Below the pieces are notes generated by a model, which was given only the letters and a program-made list of their open reading frames with translations, had not been told where the DNA came from and searched no databases. 58,465 nt of DNA from a virus (taxonomy: Duplodnaviria; Caudoviricetes): IMG/VR virus record IMGVR_UViG_3300030108_003227, positions 1 through 58,465 of that record, one strand, 5' to 3'. Shown here piece after piece: positions 1-7,343 of this stretch (position 1 is its first letter; the number at the start of each line of letters is the position of its first letter). A program made the position numbers and the translations under genes.

Positions 1-2
1 TA

Positions 3-71
3 ATCACTCCAGCTCTCTCGGACGCGGACCACACCGCCATCGTTACTAATATACGAGACTTCTACTCCTAG
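3..71 (+). CDS. 3' end of truncated upstream CDS (probable tail/fibre protein)
   Basis: Open frame ITPALSDADHTAIVTNIRDFYS* ending TAG at 69-71; resembles the C-terminus of the 57125-58090 protein (SDLETYYGL). Confidence 0.45.
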   Translation: MTPALSDADHTAIVTNIRDFYS

Positions 72-98
72 ACCCCACCCAACCCCGATTAGTGAACC

Positions 99-1745
99 AT
101 GCCCATCCAACGCAACCAGCCTTCACCAGAACGCCAGAGCGTCCTCTCGTTTGTATCGCCAAGCGTTGCGGACCTGCTGTTCTACGAAACGGTTGACGCA
201 AAGACCATTGGGGCTGGGGGAGGTAAAACGGTAATTGCTATTTCGTCCGCTACGCAGGCGGTTGAGGTCACCGCTGATGGCACCTATGACGGAGACTACC
301 ATGAATCTGGGTTCCTTGTTCAAGTGACTTCTACGGCTCACGGTTATGAGAAAGGGGATGTGGTCACGGTTGAGAACGCCCCCGATGGCAGTAACGGCTT
401 AAACCCAAATGGAACTTTTGAGATAAGAGATAAGGACACAAACTGGTTCAAATACTTTGTCCGTGGCACAGGTTCGATCAGCACTTGGGGTGATGCTGCC
501 GTCCAATCAGCAAACACTGTCGTCTATAAAGCACACCCACAATACGGAACGGCTCACCCCGACACGGAAAAGTTCCCCAACCACAAGTTGTGCCACGTTA
601 AACAAGCCGACCCTAATGGTTTGTTCTTTCAATACTACTACGCCGCAGAGCGCAACCACCAAGACGATTACAATTTTGAGTTCAGCCAAGCGGACTTAGG
701 GGGGAATAAATACGACACTGTTGTTCGGACCTATGTTACCCTGCGGTCTGACTTTTCAGATGTTGATGGGGAGTATCAAGCGGGTGACCCCATGCCAGAT
801 CCGCTGAACCAGTTCTCTGCGGACAACGCGGTTCTATACAACAGAGATTTGCGTTCTTACGGAGCCACTGACGAAGATGAAACATCCGTCAATTACATCC
901 TGATGACGCGACAACAGAAGCGCATTGGGGATCAGGAACTTGACGGCTTGTTTGTTGTTGAGCAGCGTGTCTACTTTAGACGTATTGATATAGTTACGCA
1001 GAAGTTAGATGACGCCACTGGCGGTATTCTTAAAACGGTCATAAAACTTATCTACAGGGGTGAGGCAACTTTTGTAACCGCTAATGATATTGTAACCACA
1101 GCAGGGTCCGAGAATTGGGATGCTGATGATAGGTGGGGCCTGACTGCCGCTGGTCAGAATATTGAATGCCAGCAACTAAGCCACGACTGGTGGCAGGTTA
1201 CTATTCAGGATGTCATACCACAGTTAGGATTGACCACGCACCTTGGGGGCAAAGTTATCAGGGATTATAACACATGGGAGAACTTTACTTGGCCTGCCGT
1301 TGTTGACGGCTTGCACTTCAACACCGCTAATAGAAAAGATGGGGCAAGCCAAACCACGGTGACTGTGCGTATGAAGGATGGCAAGGATGGTTTTAGTGGT
1401 CCGACTAAAATGAGAGTTCGGCAGATATGGTCAAAAACTATATTCTCAGGATTAAACCTACCCGACCCTGTTATATTTAAAACAGCTAGTGCTACATACC
1501 GAGGGGTTCAATACAATGTTAGTGTTAGTAATGTTCTTACAGAGGCAATCACTCTTATTGACTTTATTGGCACGGAACACCCGACCTATAAACTAGGAGA
1601 TTACGCCTTCCCAAAACCGTGGTGTAAGGCGTCCTCTCCTACTGATTGGGGGAACCTTGCTAATCCTTTTATTGGTTCTGTAACTCAGAAGCCCTTTAGG
1701 GGTGGCTACTTGTTGGAACTTATTGAAGTTTACCACCCAGCTTAA
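99..1745 (+). CDS. Putative virion structural/tail protein, 548 aa
   Basis: Long T/D/G-rich ORF in the structural block; TAATG coupling to the next gene. Confidence 0.6.
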   Translation: MPIQRNQPSPERQSVLSFVSPSVADLLFYETVDAKTIGAGGGKTVIAISSATQAVEVTADGTYDGDYHESGFLVQVTSTAHGYEKGDVVTVENAPDGSNGLNPNGTFEIRDKDTNWFKYFVRGTGSISTWGDAAVQSANTVVYKAHPQYGTAHPDTEKFPNHKLCHVKQADPNGLFFQYYYAAERNHQDDYNFEFSQADLGGNKYDTVVRTYVTLRSDFSDVDGEYQAGDPMPDPLNQFSADNAVLYNRDLRSYGATDEDETSVNYILMTRQQKRIGDQELDGLFVVEQRVYFRRIDIVTQKLDDATGGILKTVIKLIYRGEATFVTANDIVTTAGSENWDADDRWGLTAAGQNIECQQLSHDWWQVTIQDVIPQLGLTTHLGGKVIRDYNTWENFTWPAVVDGLHFNTANRKDGASQTTVTVRMKDGKDGFSGPTKMRVRQIWSKTIFSGLNLPDPVIFKTASATYRGVQYNVSVSNVLTEAITLIDFIGTEHPTYKLGDYAFPKPWCKASSPTDWGNLANPFIGSVTQKPFRGGYLLELIEVYHPA

Positions 1746-2482
1746 TGGCGCAGGATTTCCAACCCGACCTCACTGCTTCTTTTGATGCGCTGCAAAGGCC
1801 AATACCGACAGGCCCCCACCCTGATGGGTCTGTCATTGGGAATTTTGATGCCGGAACGAACCCTCCTGAAAATCCTGAGATCCTGCACCGCCCTCATGCG
1901 TTTGCGTTGATGCACGGTGACGGCGGGGCGAAGGTTGCTTACGGGCAGTTGCTTTGGAGGATTGATACACTTATAGTGCAGCTTTCTTCGGTATCGGATT
2001 CCGACGACACTCCCACTCTTGAGGGAGCGGGGCAGACCGAAATTGAAGGTCTAAATGTAAGAGTCCCCACGATAGGTTCCGCAGGTGGAGCTTCTATGGT
2101 TGCAGGGTTAAATACAAAATACCATGAGCTGGGCGCGTATGGGGATGTATATCTTTACTGGACTACGGATCTTGACGCCGTAGACGATGGTGCCTCGCAC
2201 GATCCGGCAAACCGTGTAGATGCTTGTTGGGTGCAAGTTGGAGCTACCCCCGCCGAGGACAAGTTGGATGCCGTGTCCGCATCAAGCTCTTTAACTGCGT
2301 TTGATAGAACAGATACTACAACAGGAAATCATTGTCCTACCGAAGCCCAAAAAGTAGGGACTTACCGTGTTAAATTAGGGACCGTAAATGAGGACGAAGA
2401 AATCATACAAAATCATTCGTCAGATGTGTTCTGGTCTATATTCCTTTTGAGGCGGGATGGGGGCCATGCCTGCAATTCGTAG
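1745..2482 (+). CDS. Hypothetical (probably tail-associated) protein, 245 aa
   Basis: Coupled ORF with acidic G/D/T-rich composition. Confidence 0.55.
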   Translation: MAQDFQPDLTASFDALQRPIPTGPHPDGSVIGNFDAGTNPPENPEILHRPHAFALMHGDGGAKVAYGQLLWRIDTLIVQLSSVSDSDDTPTLEGAGQTEIEGLNVRVPTIGSAGGASMVAGLNTKYHELGAYGDVYLYWTTDLDAVDDGASHDPANRVDACWVQVGATPAEDKLDAVSASSSLTAFDRTDTTTGNHCPTEAQKVGTYRVKLGTVNEDEEIIQNHSSDVFWSIFLLRRDGGHACNS

Positions 2483-2868
2483 TGAAGTGTTCACGTAGTT
2501 TATTTCTGTCTGGGTTGTTTATTCACCCACCTAGTTTGTTTTCATTTTCTCCAAATGATTTTCTCCGTTTGGCTTCCTTCCTAAACAGAGAACCTAACTA
2601 TGTAGCACGGCGTGTGTTTAATCAGGGGGGGTCATTTTGTGACATCCCTTTCTTTAGATTGCAGAAAGTTTCTTCTGAATTTTACAGAGTGTGCCATCAC
2701 GATGGCAGGCATCGAGCTATGGTTTTGCGGGATAACGGCTACGAGACCATGCCTGTAAGGTTGCACGTAAATGAGCCGCTAGATTTATCGTTGCGTATAA
2801 AAGCACAGGAAGACGCAAAAGACCCCGATTATTCAATTCCTCTCCCTCCCCGATTCTTGACCACTTAA
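2482..2868 (+). CDS. Small ParB/sulfiredoxin-like domain protein
   Basis: HDGRHRAMVL...MPV resembles the ParB-N DGxHR motif; start uncertain. Confidence 0.4.
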   Translation: MKCSRSLFLSGLFIHPPSLFSFSPNDFLRLASFLNREPNYVARRVFNQGGSFCDIPFFRLQKVSSEFYRVCHHDGRHRAMVLRDNGYETMPVRLHVNEPLDLSLRIKAQEDAKDPDYSIPLPPRFLTT

Positions 2869-2885
2869 ATGATATTTGGTATATT
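2857..2885 (+). promoter_or_regulatory. Sigma70-like promoter
   Basis: TTGACC-17 bp-TATATT with extended TG; ATG 5 nt downstream. Confidence 0.55.
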
Positions 2886-2890
2886 GGGTT

Positions 2891-4147
2891 ATGGCCACGC
2901 TGACCGTAAATGGAGTGGAAGACGCCCTCAAAGAGACTTGTGGTTCTAGGGGTGCAAACTCCGCACAATTCCTTAAAGAATTGAATATGGCCCTGCCCCG
3001 CCTTTATAATATGGGGCTTTGGCGTGATCTGGTTTTTGAATTCACTATCAGCACAACAGACGGGACGTTCACACTGCCCGACCACGCTGAGTCCATTGTG
3101 TCAGCTCTTGTTGATGACGACCCTGAAAAAGTTCACGCACAATTCCATGATTACAGGATTTTAGGGCGCAATGATGACGGTAGCACCTTGGAGTCTTTTG
3201 GGATCGTAGACGATGGATACGTCGCTACGATCAACGAGCTTGATTCGTCTACATCTTATGATGGCTATAAATTGCTGATGCTACCTGTTTTTCCTGACAC
3301 AGCACTACCGTCAGCTTTGTCAGGCAGGACTATTGATGTTGATTACAATGTTGCGGCTGGCGATAAAACAGCAACCTTTACCATGAATGGTGCGGCTGTT
3401 ATTGAGGGGACAGATACAGACATACTAGATGTCAAGGCAGTGAAGTCTGGGACAACTGATCTTTCAGCCGATGTAGATGTTGTAGCCATCCCTTCCTCTG
3501 GACTTACTCTTAGTGATATTCAATTAACCCTGAGTGGCACCACGATTGTTCAATCAGGCACTGTAATCACAGTTCCCGTTACGGATGCATCTAATGTTAG
3601 AGTAGGTGATATCATAACTTTCGCAGGTTGGAATACATCTTCACCGGGCAGTCAAGACCTCGATAATGACGGCAATACTCTGTATCGTGTTACTGGTGTA
3701 GATACGGAGGACAATAAAATATATTTGTATCGGTCAACTGATAGCGAGACATGGACAAGTTCTGGAGCCGCCACCAGTAAAATCTACCACTTCCAAGCTA
3801 CCCACTTAGCCACTGTCCGTGAGCCAAATCAAGTTGCTCGCTATAGACGGTTTCGTATCGCTAACGATAACAATCAAACAGTAACCATGCGGTTGCTGCT
3901 TAAACGAAAATTCAAAAAGCTACTTGATAGCGACGACATTGTTTACCCATCAAGTCTTAATGCAATTAAGCACGCCATGCTTGGCAACATAGCTGAAGAA
4001 AGCGCAGACTTAGAACGCGCAAATTATCATTGGGGTGTGTGCCGCGCCCTCTTGGACGAACAACTTGACGCCCACCGTGGTGCGGCCAAGCCAACCGTTC
4101 AATTTGATCCATCTGGTGTAGGAGCCTACACTGCGAACATGATGTAA
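2891..4147 (+). CDS. Putative tail tubular/adaptor protein
   Basis: ATG 2891 preferred over TTG 2876; helical N- and C-termini flank a beta-rich insert, as in podovirus adaptor proteins; structural context. Confidence 0.5.
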   Translation: MATLTVNGVEDALKETCGSRGANSAQFLKELNMALPRLYNMGLWRDLVFEFTISTTDGTFTLPDHAESIVSALVDDDPEKVHAQFHDYRILGRNDDGSTLESFGIVDDGYVATINELDSSTSYDGYKLLMLPVFPDTALPSALSGRTIDVDYNVAAGDKTATFTMNGAAVIEGTDTDILDVKAVKSGTTDLSADVDVVAIPSSGLTLSDIQLTLSGTTIVQSGTVITVPVTDASNVRVGDIITFAGWNTSSPGSQDLDNDGNTLYRVTGVDTEDNKIYLYRSTDSETWTSSGAATSKIYHFQATHLATVREPNQVARYRRFRIANDNNQTVTMRLLLKRKFKKLLDSDDIVYPSSLNAIKHAMLGNIAEESADLERANYHWGVCRALLDEQLDAHRGAAKPTVQFDPSGVGAYTANMM

Positions 4148-4168
4148 TTTAAACTAACCCCCGACTAA

Positions 4169-4348
4169 ATGATCCAATACATTACCGAGAACGCAGAGCA
4201 ACTTTTGCAAATCGCAGCCAGCGTAATTGCTGTAGCATCTCTTATCGCAACCATGACACCGAACGAGTCGGACAATAAGTGGGTGCAGCGCATTTCGGGC
4301 GTCATTAGCTGGCTCGCCCTGAATGTGGGTAAGGCGAAGTCTAAGTGA
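4169..4348 (+). CDS. Putative holin, 59 aa (not in ORF track)
   Basis: MIQYITENAEQLLQIAASVIAVASLIATMTPNESDNKWVQRISGVISWLALNVGKAKSK; hydrophobic segments, basic tail, in lysis cluster. Confidence 0.6.
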   Translation: MIQYITENAEQLLQIAASVIAVASLIATMTPNESDNKWVQRISGVISWLALNVGKAKSK

Positions 4349-4578
4349 AGGCTTTCTTCCAGTTACTAACTGCTGCTCTTCAAGCCTATGTTGAATATGT
4401 GCGACTGCAAAGAGACAGACATCTCGACGCCTTGGAAGATCGTCTTGATGCTCTCGCATCTATTGGTGATCCCGCTAGCAAGTTGCTCATGGAACGAGTT
4501 GCCCAACGCATCGACCGCGAACGCAAGCGCCTTGTACGATCCGCCGACGATCACTCTGATCGAGGGGAAAACGTATGA
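4345..4578 (+). CDS. Putative i-spanin (Rz-like)
   Basis: Hydrophobic N-terminus followed by a predicted helical/coiled-coil region; overlaps a lipoprotein ORF in another frame. Confidence 0.4.
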   Translation: MKAFFQLLTAALQAYVEYVRLQRDRHLDALEDRLDALASIGDPASKLLMERVAQRIDRERKRLVRSADDHSDRGENV

Positions 4579-4672
4579 GTTCTGTGAGGGTAGTTTGGTA
4601 GGGCGAGAAGACCACAAGTTTCACAGCGACTACTCATATCGTCGTGCGGTTATTATTGGGAGCGACAAATGA
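4448..4672 (+). CDS. Putative o-spanin lipoprotein (Rz1-like)
   Basis: MLSHLLVIPLASC: signal peptide with lipobox LASC; starts inside the previous gene; start could be slightly upstream. Confidence 0.5.
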   Translation: MLSHLLVIPLASCSWNELPNASTANASALYDPPTITLIEGKTYEFCEGSLVGREDHKFHSDYSYRRAVIIGSDK

Positions 4673-4833
4673 TCAACACCCGAATATTTGATTCTCTGAT
4701 TGGCATGGCCGCTCCCGTCATCGGGCTGATCACAAGTATGCAGGAGCAGTTTGAATACTGGCTTCGGGTGGGGTCGCTCATCGTGGGCATTGCTGTGGGG
4801 CTGGCTTCACTCTATCGTATCCTCAAAAAATGA
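4669..4833 (+). CDS. Putative holin/antiholin, 54 aa (not in ORF track)
   Basis: MINTRIFDSLIGMAAPVIGLITSMQEQFEYWLRVGSLIVGIAVGLASLYRILKK; two hydrophobic segments; ATGA overlaps on both sides. Confidence 0.6.
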   Translation: MINTRIFDSLIGMAAPVIGLITSMQEQFEYWLRVGSLIVGIAVGLASLYRILKK

Positions 4834-5378
4834 TTGGTATCTGTGTAGGGCATAGCCGTAAAGGTGATGAGGGGGCTTACACTACAGGCTCTTATGTCGT
4901 CAGTGAGTGGGACTTTAATAGAGACATTGCCCGAAGAATTGGACAGTTACTGGACGTAGACTTTAAGATTTATTCTGACTACGAATTAAACACTTACTCA
5001 GCGGCCATAAGAAATGTGGCACGTAAGATGAGGTGCGATGGCGTTAAAGCAGCCGTTGAGTTGCATTTTAATGCCGCCAGTCCTGCGGCCAACGGACATG
5101 AGTGGCTTTACTGGCACTCCAGTAAAGGTGGCAAACGTCTTGCTGAAACAATGCGTTCAGAGATGGAAGACACTTACCCAAATATGGTTTCCCGTGGTAG
5201 CAAACCTCGCGTGTCCAGACAGAGAGGCTCTGCGTTCTTGCGAGAGACTTATTGTTATGCCATAATTGCTGAACCTTTTTTTGGGACTAATTCTTCTGAG
5301 TGGGAAATGATTAACCGTAACCGAGGTAAACTGGCTGGTGTTTACGCGAGAGCTTTAACTCAATTTGTAAATGCTTAA
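4830..5378 (+). CDS. N-acetylmuramoyl-L-alanine amidase endolysin (Amidase_3)
   Basis: Zn ligands and motifs VGH, E(WDFN), ELHFNA, GHE, IAEPFFGTN. Confidence 0.88.
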   Translation: MIGICVGHSRKGDEGAYTTGSYVVSEWDFNRDIARRIGQLLDVDFKIYSDYELNTYSAAIRNVARKMRCDGVKAAVELHFNAASPAANGHEWLYWHSSKGGKRLAETMRSEMEDTYPNMVSRGSKPRVSRQRGSAFLRETYCYAIIAEPFFGTNSSEWEMINRNRGKLAGVYARALTQFVNA

Positions 5379-5700
5379 TGTTCCTAAAAGCATAACGATG
5401 GCTGGGGTCCGTGTCCTGATAAAGTTCAGGGATCTGGGGGATGATGATTGTTATGGGGCTTACTCCCACAGGAGAAAAGTTATTGAGATAGATAAGACCT
5501 TGAAAGGAAAAGACCTGCACGATACCATAAGACATGAGATGCTCCACGCAGCTCTTGGTATTTCAGGACTAGCTTACTGCGAGTCCTACGAGGAAGAAGC
5601 TATTGTCCGCTGTATGGACGAAATATTTTTCCCTGCATGGGAGCGGTTTAGTAAAAGGTTTAAAGAAAAACCAACTTTAGGTAGTGCCCAAGAAAAATAA
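5371..5700 (+). CDS. Small zinc metallopeptidase-like protein
   Basis: HEMLHA (HExxH) motif with downstream EEE. Confidence 0.6.
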   Translation: MLNVPKSITMAGVRVLIKFRDLGDDDCYGAYSHRRKVIEIDKTLKGKDLHDTIRHEMLHAALGISGLAYCESYEEEAIVRCMDEIFFPAWERFSKRFKEKPTLGSAQEK

Positions 5701-5866
5701 ATCCAGAGTAAACGAAGCGGGTAATTACACAAAACCAGCAATGCGTAAGCGTCTTTTTGAGCGTATAAAGGCTGGCACAAAAGGGGGTAAGGCAGGGCAG
5801 TGGTCAGCACGTAAAGCACAGATACTGGCCCGTGAATACAAATCCAAAGGAGGAGGATACCGATAA
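5684..5866 (+). CDS. Small basic protein (N-half of DUF5872-like family)
   Basis: YTKP...GTKGGKAGQWSARKAQ...YKSKGGGY. Confidence 0.6.
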   Translation: MPKKNKSRVNEAGNYTKPAMRKRLFERIKAGTKGGKAGQWSARKAQILAREYKSKGGGYR

Positions 5867-6117
5867 TGGCCTTGAAGAAGTCGCAGAAGTCCTTGAAGAA
5901 GTGGACGAAGCAAAAGTGGAGAACCAAGAGTGGCAAGAAGTCATCTGAAACTGGAGAACGGTATTTACCAGAGAAAGCTATAAAATCACTTACAGCAGCA
6001 GAGTATGCTGCGGGAACTAGACGAAAAAGAAAAGCATCTGCTAAAGGAAAACAGAGAGCTAAATACACAGCCGCAGAAAGAAAAGCATTGTTAAAGGCAA
6101 CCCGAAGAAAACAATGA
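5866..6117 (+). CDS. Small basic protein (C-half of DUF5872-like family)
   Basis: SQKSLKKWTKQKWRTKSG...GERYLPEKA; TAATG coupling. Confidence 0.6.
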   Translation: MALKKSQKSLKKWTKQKWRTKSGKKSSETGERYLPEKAIKSLTAAEYAAGTRRKRKASAKGKQRAKYTAAERKALLKATRRKQ

Positions 6118-6338
6118 AAAAATCAGACTTCAAACCACACAATATGTATCACCCGAAGACGGGTAAAGCTGTAGCCGCTAAAACCTACGAGCAACATCTC
6201 GCGCTCAAGAAAAAGGGTTATGGGCATTCAGCCCCGAAGAAAAAAGCCCCGAAGAAAAAAGCCCCGAAGAAAAAAGCGGCTAAGAAGAATGAGTCTTATA
6301 GCGATGCTGTAGAAAGGCGCATGAAAGGTGGCTACTAA
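6114..6338 (+). CDS. Lys-rich small protein with APKKK repeats
   Basis: 74-aa ORF with a histone-H1-like composition. Confidence 0.6.
   Translation: MKKSDFKPHNMYHPKTGKAVAAKTYEQHLALKKKGYGHSAPKKKAPKKKAPKKKAAKKNESYSDAVERRMKGGY
6231..6275 (+). repeat. 15-bp tandem repeat x3 (GCCCCGAAGAAAAAA)
   Basis: Read directly; encodes (APKKK)3. Confidence 0.9.
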
Positions 6339-6621
6339 AAGATTTAAGCGTCTTCCTTCTGGGAGGATTCAATACCACGGGGAGACCTTTGCTGGCTTTA
6401 ACAAACCCAAACGCGCCCCTAAAGGGAGCAAAAAGAAGTTTGTTGTTCTTGGAAAACAGGGGGACAAAGTTAAGAAGGTGTCTTACGGTCACCGTGATTA
6501 TTCTGATTTTACCAAGCACAAGAACCCTAAACGCCGTGCTAACTTCAGAGCACGACATAATTGTAAGACCGCTAAGGACAAGACAACTGCTCGCTATTGG
6601 GCATGTAAACATCTCTGGTAA
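6328..6621 (+). CDS. Small basic viral protein
   Basis: VSYGHRDYSDFTKHKNPKRRANFRARHNC...ARYWAC motif recalled from aquatic virus genomes. Confidence 0.6.
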   Translation: MATKRFKRLPSGRIQYHGETFAGFNKPKRAPKGSKKKFVVLGKQGDKVKKVSYGHRDYSDFTKHKNPKRRANFRARHNCKTAKDKTTARYWACKHLW

Positions 6622-7157
6622 TGGCACGAAAGCTACCTCGCCAGTTTTCAAAGGAGCGGAGTAGCAAGTTCATTGCGTTCACACCCAATTCTGAAAATGT
6701 TAAGCAGGCTTTTGAACGAAGCCAAAAGTTGGGAGTTTTACCTAATTCCTTCACCAAGGGCGGGGGGCGAATGACGGGCTTCCTTGGCGAGATTGCTTTT
6801 GAGTTACTCTATCCGGAATCGACTTATGTGGGGGGTCGTTGTTTTAGCCACGATTATGAGATCGGCAAAAAGACAATAGATATAAAATCCAAGACTTGCA
6901 CCAGTAAGCCCCTCCCACATTACACAGCTTCTGTAAACTGTCCTAAACTCAAAAAGCCACAGGCAGGTTACTATTATTTTGTCCGTGTCCTAAAAGACTA
7001 CTCAAAGGTTTGGATGCTTGGTTGGATCAGCACTAAGAAATTATTGGAGCAAGGAGAATACAAGTTCCGTGGCGACCCTGATGATTATGGGTTTACCTAC
7101 AAGGTGGATGGGTATCATGTCCCCATCAAATGTCTTCGTCCTGCTGCCAGTCTTTGA
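6621..7157 (+). CDS. PD-(D/E)XK restriction-fold nuclease-like protein
   Basis: GFLGEIAF...HDYEIG...IDIKSK. Confidence 0.6.
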   Translation: MARKLPRQFSKERSSKFIAFTPNSENVKQAFERSQKLGVLPNSFTKGGGRMTGFLGEIAFELLYPESTYVGGRCFSHDYEIGKKTIDIKSKTCTSKPLPHYTASVNCPKLKKPQAGYYYFVRVLKDYSKVWMLGWISTKKLLEQGEYKFRGDPDDYGFTYKVDGYHVPIKCLRPAASL

Positions 7158-7335
7158 TTCTCGCTGCACGGGCCTTTAGCTTCCGGAGGACGTTTTCCAT
7201 CCTGCTTCGTTCTCTTGTGTAGTGCTTGATCTTGTTTGTGAGGAGTCGATAGTCGTCTCTGGTGAACTGGATTTGCGCTTCCACGCTATCCAGATCCTCC
7301 TCATCACTGTATTCTTCTTCTGATTTTCCCGTCAT
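7126..7335 (-). CDS. Hypothetical coiled-coil protein, 69 aa
   Basis: Last gene of the replication operon; overlaps the convergent nuclease gene. Confidence 0.5.
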   Translation of the reverse strand: MTGKSEEEYSDEEDLDSVEAQIQFTRDDYRLLTNKIKHYTRERSRMENVLRKLKARAARIKDWQQDEDI

Positions 7336-7343
7336 AAGTTTAT

